DNA from: Candidatus Brocadiia bacterium
Lineage (GTDB): Bacteria > Planctomycetota > Brocadiia > SM23-32
DNA: 64,000 bases
Assembly (NCBI GenBank): GCA_046538485.1
Contig: JBKHIT010000005.1
Span: 32,001-96,000, forward strand
Direction: 5' to 3'
How positions within the stretch are numbered: the first letter of the stretch is position 1; each line of letters begins with the position of its first letter. The notes beneath the pieces were generated by a model. That model saw only the letters and a list, made by a program, of their open reading frames with translations. It searched no databases and was not told the DNA's origin. The position numbers were made by a program, and so were the translations under genes. This document shows, one piece after another, positions 1-9,897 of this stretch.

Positions 1-209
1 GTTGCCCGGCGGCCTTTCGGTCTTCAGCCGCATTCTACAGTGCCTCGCACGCCGGGTGGCAACTCTTTGTTTCCGGGCTCGGCCATCCCCATAATCCTGC
101 GTCCGCTTCGTTGCATTAGCATCTCTGGGAGTTGAACCGCACGCACGCTCCGCCGGGTTAGTTTTTCGCTTTGCGGCATCCCGGCGGACCCGTGGAAAGG
201 AGGCGAACC

Positions 210-1559
210 ATGCAAGATCGCGTTGCTGTCCCCAATCTCGCCGCGTTCTATGCGTCCGAGGATCAGGACGCCCTGATGGAGGCTCTCGAGAGCGTCCATC
301 CCGGTACGGCCGCCGAGTTTTTCAGCAAGCTGCCGCCTTCGGAGATCTGGTCGCTGCTCAACGGGCTGGATCCGAAACGGGCAGCGAAGATTTTCCGCGC
401 CCTGGAGGGCGAGTTCCAGGCGGACCTGGTAACCCGGGAGAGCCGGGAAAACATCGGGCGGCTGGTTACCGAACTGCCCGCTGACGACCGGGCGGATCTG
501 GTGAAGGCGATGGACGAGGACGTGCGCGAGGAAGTACTGGCGCTGCTGGCCCGGGCCGAGCGCGATGATATCCGGCGCCTCACTTCCTACGAGGAGGAAA
601 CCGCCGGGGCGCTGATGACCACCGACTATGCCGCACTGCCCGAGGATATATCGGTGCAGGATGCGCTGGAGCGGTTGCGCCTGGAAGCGCCGGACAAAGA
701 AACGATCTACTACGTGTATCTGCTCGACGCGAACCGCCGGCTGACCGGTCTGGTCTCGCTGAAAGACCTCATCCTGGCAAGGCCGAAAACCCGAGTCCTG
801 GGCGATTTCGCCCACCGGGACGTCATATCCGTGGGCGTGAACGAGGACCAGGAAGAGGTTGCCCATATCCTCTCGGAGTATGACTTTCTGGCCATACCCG
901 TCGTTGACACCCAACAGCGCCTGGTCGGCATCGTAACCTTCGATGACCTGATGGACGTGATCGAGGAGGAGGCCGAGGAGGACCTCTACCACATAGCGAA
1001 CGTCAACAGGGAGGAGAGGGTGGACACCTCGACGCTGGGCTCGGTGAGGCTGCGGTGGCCATGGCTGGTCATCAACCTCGGAACGGTCATCCTGGCAGCC
1101 CTTACCGTGAGCCTGTTCGAGCATTCCATCGCGCAACTCACCGCCCTGGCGGTCATGATGCCCATTATCGCGGGAATGGGCGGTAATGCGGGAACTCAGA
1201 CGATGGCCGTGGTGGTGAGGGGGATTGCTCTGGGAGACCTCACGCTCCGCAACTCCTACAGTGTCCTGCTGAAAGAAATCGGCGTCGGCCTTGCCAACGG
1301 GGCCATAAACGGGGTGCTGATGGGGTGCGTCGCCCTGGCCTGGTACGGAAACGCCTGGCTGGGGGCGATCATGTTCGTGTCCATGATCGCCAATCTGGTG
1401 CTTGCCGGACTGGTTGGAGCCGGATTCCCCCTGATATTGAAGGCGCTCGGCGCGGACCCGGCGCTGGCCAGCACGATCTTCATCACAACGGCTACCGACA
1501 TTGGAGGCTTCGTGATCTTCCTGGGAATGGCCACCGCGTTTCTTCACCACCTGGTCTGA
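210..1559 (+). CDS. mgtE: Magnesium transporter MgtE
   Basis: N-terminal helical domain, CBS pair (AGALMTTDY, IYYVYLLD, LVGIVTFDD), TM motifs RWPWL, MGGNAGTQ, DPALAS, TATDIGG; ATG 210 follows AGGAGG. Confidence 0.95.
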   Translation: MQDRVAVPNLAAFYASEDQDALMEALESVHPGTAAEFFSKLPPSEIWSLLNGLDPKRAAKIFRALEGEFQADLVTRESRENIGRLVTELPADDRADLVKAMDEDVREEVLALLARAERDDIRRLTSYEEETAGALMTTDYAALPEDISVQDALERLRLEAPDKETIYYVYLLDANRRLTGLVSLKDLILARPKTRVLGDFAHRDVISVGVNEDQEEVAHILSEYDFLAIPVVDTQQRLVGIVTFDDLMDVIEEEAEEDLYHIANVNREERVDTSTLGSVRLRWPWLVINLGTVILAALTVSLFEHSIAQLTALAVMMPIIAGMGGNAGTQTMAVVVRGIALGDLTLRNSYSVLLKEIGVGLANGAINGVLMGCVALAWYGNAWLGAIMFVSMIANLVLAGLVGAGFPLILKALGADPALASTIFITTATDIGGFVIFLGMATAFLHHLV

Positions 1560-1764
1560 GGTGCCCGACGTTTTCGCGGCGCCAGACCGCCCTTCTCCTC
1601 GCAGGTTGTGGTCGGGCTTCTCCCGGCCTCCTGGTTGAAAGGCGCGCGCAGTTGTCCCTCGACATTCTGACGGCCAATGGAGCAAACGCGTTGACTTGGA
1701 CATGCCTTTCGTTTACCGTGTACTCGTTGTGGAAGGCGACTTCAATTGATGGGAAAGGATAGCG

Positions 1765-1986
1765 ATGAATAAGAAGGGAATGGCATCTAACGGCCAGATC
1801 CGACTGCTGCTTTTGATCATCGTCGGGGCAGCCGTGCTGATCCTGGCTTTTCAGAACCACGAATCGGTTGAGACCCGATTTCTGATGTTTCGGGCCACCA
1901 TGCCCCGCTTCGCGTTGCTGTTGTTGACGGCCGGATGCGGTTTCCTCGGCGGATACCTTCTCGGCTCGCACAGACGGCGCGATTGA
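1765..1986 (+). CDS. Small membrane protein, LapA/DUF1049-like
   Basis: TM-FQN-x-V-x-F-TM pattern, AAGGA RBS. Confidence 0.75.
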   Translation: MNKKGMASNGQIRLLLLIIVGAAVLILAFQNHESVETRFLMFRATMPRFALLLLTAGCGFLGGYLLGSHRRRD

Positions 1987-2147
1987 ACTAAGTCGCTGCG
2001 CTCCAGTGCCCACATCCCTGAGTTTTCTCCACTCCTACCCCCTTCTCGCCCATGGGTGCCTCACCCCCGCCGTCGCTGCCCGCTGTCCTCTGACTTCTGT
2101 AGCTCTGATCTCTGGCGTTTGCTCTGGTCCGACCCCTATATTTCTCC

Positions 2148-3962
2148 CTACGGGAGGTAGAAAAAATAGATAAAGGACACGGAAACCACCAGGAAGAGCA
2201 CCGAAAGCCCGCTCCCCGCTTTCAGGTAATCTTTGACCTTGTATCCGCCGGGCGTCATCAGCAAGGCGTTGACGTGATGGGTGGGAATGATAAAGGAATT
2301 GGCCGCGCAAACACCGACCAGCAGGACGATGGCCCGGGGGTCAAGGTGTAAGTCCGTAGCAATTTCCAGAACGATCGGAACCAGCAGGACCGTGGCGGCC
2401 ACATTGGACATGAACAGGGAAAAAATCGTCGTGAGAGCGCCGATCGCCAGGAGGATGATAAAGGTCGATGATCCGCTCATCAGGCTCATAATATTTTCGG
2501 CGAGGTAGGTGGCAGTGCCGGTTTCCTTCATCGCAATTCCGATGGGAAGCAAGCCAGAGATCAGAAACACGACCTTCCACTCCACCGCCCGGTAAGCGTC
2601 CTCAATACTCAATACACCTGTGAGTATCATGGCAAACGCTCCCGTGAGGAAGCCGATGGAAATGGGTACACCGAGGAGGAAAACCGAAGCGATGGCCCCC
2701 ACAAAACAACACACTGACAGCACGGCCTTCTCCGTCTTTTTTTCCGCGACTTCCTGCTCCACGGGAAAGGGCGTTACGGCGATGTAATCCTGGCTCTCCT
2801 TGAAGAATTTCAGGTTCTCCCACTTCCCCTGAAGAATGAAGGTGTCACCGGCCTGAATCTTTCGGTCCGCGATGCCCTCTTCCACGACCTCCCTGCCGCT
2901 GAAGTATCGCACGACCTGAGCCTGGTACGTCTCCCGTAAAGCAAGATCCCGAATTGACTTCCCCACCAGCTTGGAACGCATGGGGATCACGACCTCAATG
3001 TAGCCACGCTCATCATCATCCTGCAAGTTCATCTCCTGTTCGTGCAGGTCGAGGTCTTTGTCTTCGGCAAACCGCCGAATATCCTCCTCCAGTCCCTGCA
3101 CAACGATTCGCTGATCCTGTTCGAACTCAACGTCCTGCCAGATGTCAAAATCAGAGCCTTCCCTTTCCCCGATCCCCATGAGAATGAGGTTGTATTCCTG
3201 ACTAATACCCGATTCTTTAAGGCTCCGCCCAATCAGGGAACTCCCCTCCCCGATTCGAAACGTGTAGATCGTATCGGACAGCCCCCAGATATTGATCAGG
3301 GTCTCCGCGGGTTCCTCCGACTCTTCATGGCCCTCTTCACTTACTCCCGGGCCCGACGGAAAGATCATATTGCCGAACAGAAAAAAGAAGAGGATTCCCG
3401 ACAGCAGCAGAGTGATTCCGATGGGGGTCACGCTGAACAGGTTAAAGGTCTCACGTCCGCCCGCTTCCAATAGATCGTTCAGGACAATCAGCGAACTGGT
3501 CCCCACCATCGTCAGCGTGCCGCCCAGGAGAGCGGCAAACCCCATAGGCATCAATAAACTCGCTACGGGAATCTTTTCCCGCTTGGATATTCCCACCATC
3601 ACGGGCAGAAACAGGGCGGCCGCCCCAATGTTCTGCATGAATCCCGACATAATCCCCACGGTCAGGGAAATGGTCCCCACGATGCGACGCCGGGCCGTCC
3701 CCGCGATGCTCAGGATGAAACTCGAGATATGATAGGTTATTCCGGACTTAAACAGCCCCCGCCCCAGGATCATAACGGCGATGATGGCAATAACAGCGTT
3801 GCTGGAAAATCCGGAGAGGGCCTGGGCCGGTTCGATTGTGTTCAGCCATACCAGCGATAACAGGGCCAGAATCGCGACGACATCGATTCGTAAAGCTTCG
3901 GTTACGATCAGGAGAACCGTCACAAACAGGACGGCCAGCACCGTCAGTATTTCAGGGGTCAT
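2148..3962 (-). CDS. SLC13/DASS-family permease with TrkA-C domains
   Basis: ALSGFSS, SGFMQNIGA, GGTLTMVGTSS, two TrkA-C-like soluble domains, MSNVA, PGGYK..DY. Confidence 0.9.
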   Translation of the reverse strand: MTPEILTVLAVLFVTVLLIVTEALRIDVVAILALLSLVWLNTIEPAQALSGFSSNAVIAIIAVMILGRGLFKSGITYHISSFILSIAGTARRRIVGTISLTVGIMSGFMQNIGAAALFLPVMVGISKREKIPVASLLMPMGFAALLGGTLTMVGTSSLIVLNDLLEAGGRETFNLFSVTPIGITLLLSGILFFFLFGNMIFPSGPGVSEEGHEESEEPAETLINIWGLSDTIYTFRIGEGSSLIGRSLKESGISQEYNLILMGIGEREGSDFDIWQDVEFEQDQRIVVQGLEEDIRRFAEDKDLDLHEQEMNLQDDDERGYIEVVIPMRSKLVGKSIRDLALRETYQAQVVRYFSGREVVEEGIADRKIQAGDTFILQGKWENLKFFKESQDYIAVTPFPVEQEVAEKKTEKAVLSVCCFVGAIASVFLLGVPISIGFLTGAFAMILTGVLSIEDAYRAVEWKVVFLISGLLPIGIAMKETGTATYLAENIMSLMSGSSTFIILLAIGALTTIFSLFMSNVAATVLLVPIVLEIATDLHLDPRAIVLLVGVCAANSFIIPTHHVNALLMTPGGYKVKDYLKAGSGLSVLFLVVSVSFIYFFYLP

Positions 3963-4108
3963 GAATAAAAAACCTCGATGTTGAACCCGTTTTTCGCCAG
4001 CGTTCTCAGCGCCGGATATGAGCCGAAGGCACATGAAGGGATCCCCTGCGCAAAAGATCCCAACCGCCGCCTGCCCTTTCCGGTCTCAAAATCACTGTCA
4101 ACTTATAC

Positions 4109-4230
4109 TGTTGTGCTTCAGACGGAATTGGACATTTCCTGTTCGGGAATTAGGTAAGTAGTTTACTCGAAAGGAGTGTCCTATGGCCAAGCGCAGAAAC
4201 TTTTCTGGAAAAAAGAAAGCCGTGATCGTC
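4109..4230 (+). mobile_element. IS3-family left-end relic (IRL, RBS, first ~16 codons of OrfA)
   Basis: TG...GGAATTGGACATTT IRL-like end, AAAGGAG, then ATG 4183 MAKRRNFSGKKKAVIV; similarity stops there. Confidence 0.55.
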
Positions 4231-4319
4231 TGGCTGAGCACCGCGCGGAATAAACCTTATGATTCTGTTTCACTATCCCTGTAGAGTTTTACGGCAAACT
4301 ATCGGTAAAATCCGAGCTA
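4217..4319 (-). repeat. Degenerate copy of ~102 bp element X
   Basis: AAACTATCGGTAAAATCCGAGCTA resembles AAATTATCCGTAAAATCCGGGCTA; internal TGGCTGAG and GATTCT shared with 53248-53349. Confidence 0.6.
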
Positions 4320-5462
4320 TCCCACCACAAAATTCAGGTAGTTCTCCCGGTGAATGACTTCATACTTTGCCTCAGGGTACGTCTTCTTCCAACCTGCGGG
4401 TGGTTTCGCTTTTTGGGAAGACCATTTCATCTCGTATGCGTGAAGTTGCCCCCCTGACTCCTCAACCAGATCAATCTCCTGTTGATCATAGGTGCGCCAG
4501 AAGTAGCTGCTGACGTTTCGGTTGGTATAGAAGTTGTGTTTCATCCGCTCGAGCAAGCAGTAGTTTTCCCACAGGGCCCCGACATCATCCCGGAGGGTGA
4601 TGGCGTTGAAATTGTTGATCAGGGCGTTTCTCACGCCGTTATCGTAGAAATAATACCGGCGTTTTTTCGTGATTTCTTTCCGGAGGTTTCGGGAAAAACC
4701 CCGGCGACTGTAAATCACGAAAACCTTCCCCAGGAGATTAAGATATCTGTGGACGGTATTTTTGCTCATACCCAGCTTCTGTCCCAGTTCCGACATCGAG
4801 ATGCTGTGACCTATCTGAAAGCTGAGCATCTGAAGCAAACGGAACAACTTATCGGAATGGCGAATCCCCTCCAGAGTGAGTATGTCCTTCAGAAGATAGG
4901 AATTTACCAGTTCTTTCAGATACCGGGCCCGCTGCCGATCATTGTCCATCAGGACAACTTCAGGGTAACTGCCGTAGATAAGACGGGATTCCAGACGGGC
5001 ACGGGTCTGATGAGGCGCCTCCACCGACCGCAGTTCCATCTGAGATAACGGCAGAAGCAACAGCGTGTATTTTCGACCGGTTAGCGGTTCGCCGGCATCG
5101 ATTGCCAGGTCAAAGGATGATGAGCCGGTGACAATGATTTTCAGTCCGGGGAGGTGGTCCACTAAAAGTTTCAGATTCAGACCGATGTTATTGACATACT
5201 GGGCTTCATCCACGATCAAAACGTCATACCCGGAGGCAAATGCTTTCAGTTTTGTAACGGATTCGCTTTCGAGATAATCCCGCACGTCAATGTCTTCGCC
5301 CGTCACGGATAGAACCTGCTCGTCAATCTTCGACGCATAGTGGTCGACGAGAGTCGTTTTCCCGACCCTGCGCGGCCCGTAGATGCAGAGAACCTTTCCC
5401 GCCTGGATGAGACGGTCAAGATTAGCGAGCTGCGCCTGCGGTATGTATGATCCATAACTCAT
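4317..5462 (-). CDS. AAA+ ATPase, AAA_14 + DUF4143 family
   Basis: Walker A GPRRVGKT, Walker B VDEAQ, TGSS, LTGR, YFYDNG, EIDLV..EMK C-terminus. Confidence 0.92.
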   Translation of the reverse strand: MSYGSYIPQAQLANLDRLIQAGKVLCIYGPRRVGKTTLVDHYASKIDEQVLSVTGEDIDVRDYLESESVTKLKAFASGYDVLIVDEAQYVNNIGLNLKLLVDHLPGLKIIVTGSSSFDLAIDAGEPLTGRKYTLLLLPLSQMELRSVEAPHQTRARLESRLIYGSYPEVVLMDNDRQRARYLKELVNSYLLKDILTLEGIRHSDKLFRLLQMLSFQIGHSISMSELGQKLGMSKNTVHRYLNLLGKVFVIYSRRGFSRNLRKEITKKRRYYFYDNGVRNALINNFNAITLRDDVGALWENYCLLERMKHNFYTNRNVSSYFWRTYDQQEIDLVEESGGQLHAYEMKWSSQKAKPPAGWKKTYPEAKYEVIHRENYLNFVVG

Positions 5463-5463
5463 A

Positions 5464-5520
5464 GTGACTGATTTTAGCTAAATACCGTCACTTTGTCAAC
5501 CGGTTTTAGCTAAATACGGT
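5464..5520 (-). promoter_or_regulatory. Sigma70 promoter overlapped by two palindromic operators
   Basis: Minus strand TTGACA (5499-5494), 17 bp, TAAAAT (5476-5471); TTTTAGCTAAATAC occurs twice. Confidence 0.8.
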
Positions 5521-6105
5521 CTGGTACCTGACGGTTTTGATGCTCATTGCGTCACTATCGAATATTTTAAGCACCCTCAGCGCCGGATATGTGCGGAGGG
5601 CAAAGGCGGATTACAACCCGGCCAAAACCACTTTCAAAATGTTTTGGACAGCACCGGGTTCGCACCACAAGCGTGGGTTATTGGCAAACACGTCTGTAAC
5701 ACGTAAACGCAACGATTCCATGTAGTTACTGAACAAACGAGTAAAATCCGGCCTGCAAGCGTGAATAGGAGCCATAAAAATAAAGGATAGGGATTTGCTT
5801 TTCTACGCGTCCAAGGATCTTTATAGCATCTCCCTCAGGGCAACGCAAACGGAGCTTCCTGGCGGTCATTCTGTCCCCTTTTGGTTCTGCTGGCGGGCAC
5901 GGTGGCAGACCCTATGGCAATACCTGAGGCGGACAAGTTTTCGGGGGGCGAGAGTCATCCGCTGGCCGTTTGCAGGGGGCCCGGCTAAGTCCGTATATCG
6001 CTCCTTGCTTTCTCGTAGTTCAATGGTCAACCAAACGACCCTTTTGTCCGATCCCTGTACCAGAACCTATTCTGAGGGCTGTGATAAGCATTAGGACTGT
6101 TTCCC

Positions 6106-6228
6106 TCTGCGTCGCCCCCATTCGGGGGCTCTCATATTTGGGGGCACCTCCTGGTCCCGGAGCTTGCGCGCCAGACAGCGGCGCGGCTGGCGCACCGGGC
6201 TACGTCTGCGTCGCCCGCTTCGCGGGCT
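6106..6228. repeat. REP-like hairpin cluster
   Basis: TCTGCGTCGCCC-x-TTCG-x-GGGCT twice; CCCGG...CGCACCGGGCTAC shared with 9898-9964. Confidence 0.7.
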
Positions 6229-6290
6229 TTGGTCGGTCAACCGATAACTCGGTCTTTACTTCCGCAGGTCACACAGTTCCAGATCAAATA

Positions 6291-6581
6291 TCAGTTTTCG
6301 GCACCCTCCACCACGCGCACTTCCTCCTCGGTCAGGCCGTAGAGTCTGTAGACTATCTGGTCTACGAGCCAGTCGGTGGAGGGGAGGGTTTCGACGTCAT
6401 ATTCTCCCGTTTCCGGGTTTCTCTGTGGATACCAGGGGCCGGAGCCTATTCGCTGGAGCACGTCGCGGATGCTTTTGCTCACCGAGAGGCTGGAGAGCTC
6501 GTTGGGGGCGATGCCGCCCTGCATGAACGTCGTCCGCACCTGCTCCCACAGGTCCTGTTTCTCCCGGTGTATCTGTTGCAT
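6291..6581 (-). pseudogene. C-terminal fragment resembling type IIG restriction-modification enzyme tail
   Basis: Ends in DWLVDQIVYRLYGLTEEEVRVVEG; no methyltransferase or nuclease domain upstream. Confidence 0.6.
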
Positions 6582-6918
6582 GGTTTTTCCATGGAAAACG
6601 GCGTGAAACGGATAGTTGCTGGTGAACGGACAACGAACTGGAGTTAGTTGCTGGTTGACGGGGGACGGACGGAGGACAGAGCTACAGACATCAGAGGGCG
6701 GAAGACAGAAGACAGGATCGACGTACGCGCAAAAAGATTAACGGCCGAATATCCAACATCGAAGTAACGGCCTGCGGACGACAAAGTGCGCGACAAAGTT
6801 TGCGACAGAGTTGAACGGATACGGGAGACGGTTATATACCTCTTTCAGGGAAAATTGTCGTGCCAATAAAGATAACTTTTATCGTTTATATTTTTTCTCG
6901 GGATCGACCCCGATCATG

Positions 6919-8367
6919 TCAGCGTGCTTCGGGGTAGGCTGTTCGGAACGCGCAGAGCGACTGGTCATCGGCCTGTTTCATCCACTCGAAAAGTCGCTCG
7001 CGCAGGTTTTGGGCAATGTTCTGATAATCCGGATGCTCGATCAGGTTCTGCGTCTCCCATGGGTCGGCATCCAGGTCATACAGTTGGTCCGGGTGGACCA
7101 GGTTCAAACCGTATTTATACGGTCCGTGCCGCAATGTGCGTATCGTGCATGCCCCGTGGTTGAGGCCATCAAACTCCACCACCACATCGTCCCGCCAATC
7201 CGGCACATCCTCGCCCTGCATGAGCGGAACCAGTGACCGTCCCTGGGCATAATCCCGTTCCCCGTCCTCTCCGGCGAGATCGCAGAATGTGGGCATGAGG
7301 TCGGCCAGGGATGTGAGTTCTTCACGCACGGTTCCCTGCTCCACGCCGGGGCCGCACGCAATCATGGGAATGCGCTGGATTTCCTCGAAATGGTGAAATC
7401 CTTTATCCACGAGCCCGCCGTGCGATCCCAGGGTTTCACCGTGGTCCGCGGCGAACACGATGATCGTGTCATCGGCAATCCCTCTGGCTTCCAGATGATC
7501 CATAAGCCGCCCGATCTGGGCATCGATCATCGTCGTGAAGGCGTAATAGCGTCGCAGGCGGGGCTGCCAGTAGTTATCCCAGTCGTCCGCGCCGGGACCG
7601 CGCTGGATCTTCGCCTGATGGGGTCCGGGGATATCGGTGCTGGGCCATTCGAAATTCGGCCAGGGCGGGAGTTCCATATCACGGTAGATGTCGTTGAGCT
7701 CGCGCGTCGCGCGGTAGGGTCCGTGCGGGCCCCAGAAATTATGCCAGATAAAAAACGGTGCATCATCCTGCTCGTATTGGTCAATCAACGACATCGTGTG
7801 GCTGGCGAGAAAGTAAGGGACCGTGGATTCGACCGGTCCGGTCAGCTCGCCGTCGACGACATTATGTTCCCAGCCGTTATCCTTCAAATACTGCTGGTAT
7901 TCCTCATACTGAAATCCACCGCTGCCGTGTCCCGGGAAATTCTGTCCATCAAACCCAAAATCTCTGGGGAGCGATTCGATGTTGGGCCACGGGGCCTTGA
8001 GTTTACCAAGGCGAATGTTCTCCTCGTCGTAGCCCAGATGCCATTTCCCCGTATAACCCGTGCGATACCCCTGACCCTGCATCCGGCGCGGCAACATCTC
8101 GGGGCCGTTGCGCAGGGTATGGCAGGCGCACGTCATGTTATTCATATTGGCCGTCACGCCGTGTCGCAGTGGCCAGGCGCCGGTCATGACGGTGGCACGA
8201 GCCGGGCTGCAGAGGGGGCAGGTGGTGTAGGCACGTTCAAACCGGGTCCCCTTCGCCGCAAGACGATCGAGATTTGGTGTTCGGCAGGGCGTGTCGCCGT
8301 AGGATCCGATCGCGGACAGGCGATGCTGGTCGGTGAGGATCAGAAGAATGTTGGGCTGTTCGGACAT
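6919..8367 (-). CDS. Formylglycine-dependent (S1) sulfatase
   Basis: PNILLILTDQ, CSPARATVMTG (CxPxR), GKWHLG, PHGPY, ADHG, LYDLDADPWE. Confidence 0.95.
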   Translation of the reverse strand: MSEQPNILLILTDQHRLSAIGSYGDTPCRTPNLDRLAAKGTRFERAYTTCPLCSPARATVMTGAWPLRHGVTANMNNMTCACHTLRNGPEMLPRRMQGQGYRTGYTGKWHLGYDEENIRLGKLKAPWPNIESLPRDFGFDGQNFPGHGSGGFQYEEYQQYLKDNGWEHNVVDGELTGPVESTVPYFLASHTMSLIDQYEQDDAPFFIWHNFWGPHGPYRATRELNDIYRDMELPPWPNFEWPSTDIPGPHQAKIQRGPGADDWDNYWQPRLRRYYAFTTMIDAQIGRLMDHLEARGIADDTIIVFAADHGETLGSHGGLVDKGFHHFEEIQRIPMIACGPGVEQGTVREELTSLADLMPTFCDLAGEDGERDYAQGRSLVPLMQGEDVPDWRDDVVVEFDGLNHGACTIRTLRHGPYKYGLNLVHPDQLYDLDADPWETQNLIEHPDYQNIAQNLRERLFEWMKQADDQSLCAFRTAYPEAR

Positions 8368-8573
8368 GAAGAGTCCTCCTGTGAAAATATGAAAGATGAT
8401 CAGGGTCACCACGCCCCTTGCCCTTGATAGTATGTTATACTTCTACTCCCTATTTCACAAACCTTCAGGGGCAGTGTCAGGGTTTGTGGGGCAAAACAAA
8501 ATGGTGATTTATGTCGTCCGTTTTGCCTGGAGGGGCAAACAGATACGGTCAACTGCCAGATTGGGATCCGGTG

Positions 8574-9647
8574 TCAGTTGAGCAAATCCTCCACGACATC
8601 CCGGGACAATCGCGTCGCGCGGTAGCAGCGTTTTTCTTCGCTGTTCCAGTAATCCCACACGATGTCACCGTCGGGAGTGACCTCGAAGATGCGGCCGGTG
8701 TCGCCCCAGTTCATGGCGCAGATCAGCGTATTGCCGTTCGGCAGGCGCTGGGCTCCGCTGCCCACGGGGCTCCAGAATTCACGTTCGGGATCGTCCGGCC
8801 ACTCCCAGACGATTTTACCGGTGTCGGGTTTGATTTCGATCACGCGGCTCTGCCCCCGTTCAGGCGGACCGTGCCCGTTGTCGAACATCAGGATATTGCC
8901 GTCCTCAAGCATGGTGGGCTGATGCTGTCCGAGGATTTCGCCCTGTCCCCAGTGCCACACGATATCCCCGGTGTCTCTGTCGATGATGAAAATGAGGTGC
9001 ATGTGGCGAGGAGAAACGAGGATGTTACCCGGTTTGAAACGCTCATCGCGTTCACCCAGCGGCGTGTCGGGAAGGCTTTCCACCGTGTTGATATGTGGCC
9101 ACTCCTCGTGTCCGGGTGGCAACTCGTTATCGTTGGATGCGGTCGGCAACTGGTCCGCATGCGCCCCGAAGTGCCATTCCCAGACGATTTCGTTCTCGGG
9201 CGTGATGTCCTGTATGTAATCGTAGATCTGAGGCGTGTTTGACAGATCCTTGAAAACCGTCGGGCCGTTGCACGCTATGAGGGTATTGCCGTTCGCCAGG
9301 CGGCGCGCGTCGTGATGCACCGGTGCGGGATCCGACCAGACGACGTTTCCCTCCCAATCCAGCTCCCACAGACGCGCCTCGATATTGCGGGACGTCCCAT
9401 ACGCATATTCATTGGCCACGACGAGCAGATGCCCATCATCCATCAGATCGCACCAGTGCCAGGTTGGGCCGTGGTCGAGTTCCCAGGAATGCAAGGGCTG
9501 CCCATCCATGTCGATGATCCGGGCGCGGCGGGTTCCTCCGGACCACAGCAGCGTGTAGCCGGGCCAGGCACGCGATGGATCGTGATGTTCGAGTCCGATA
9601 CGTCCATTACGGTCGGGTTTCGGCACGTCAATGCTGCACATAGACAA
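8574..9647 (-). CDS. Arylsulfotransferase (ASST)-like beta-propeller
   Basis: HHDARRLANGN, HINTVE, GQHQP, FDNG, AQRLPNGNTLI. Confidence 0.85.
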   Translation of the reverse strand: MSMCSIDVPKPDRNGRIGLEHHDPSRAWPGYTLLWSGGTRRARIIDMDGQPLHSWELDHGPTWHWCDLMDDGHLLVVANEYAYGTSRNIEARLWELDWEGNVVWSDPAPVHHDARRLANGNTLIACNGPTVFKDLSNTPQIYDYIQDITPENEIVWEWHFGAHADQLPTASNDNELPPGHEEWPHINTVESLPDTPLGERDERFKPGNILVSPRHMHLIFIIDRDTGDIVWHWGQGEILGQHQPTMLEDGNILMFDNGHGPPERGQSRVIEIKPDTGKIVWEWPDDPEREFWSPVGSGAQRLPNGNTLICAMNWGDTGRIFEVTPDGDIVWDYWNSEEKRCYRATRLSRDVVEDLLN

Positions 9648-9897
9648 TACACTCCATAATCGATCAGGGAATAAAGGCAGAGCGGGGAAAAATTATAATG
9701 GTCGAATGCCGGAGATCAACCGGGAAAGGGACAGAAAGGCTCTTTTTCACGTTTACGGATTGTGTCTCACTATCTTTCTACCGTCAAAATCACCTGTTCT
9801 GAAACGTGAAGGGGAGCCATGCCTTTTTGTCGTGAGTTGATCTGAAACCGATCTCAAGCGTGCCTTCGGTATGCATTTTATTCTCTCCTCACTCTTA

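Noticed and set aside
1..209. M-box riboswitch upstream of mgtE
   Set aside because: No recognisable conserved M-box sequence in the available upstream region
24..1703. 559-aa minus-strand ORF
   Set aside because: Antisense shadow of GC-rich mgtE with no recognisable motifs
7390..8427. 345-aa plus-strand ORF
   Set aside because: Antisense shadow of the sulfatase
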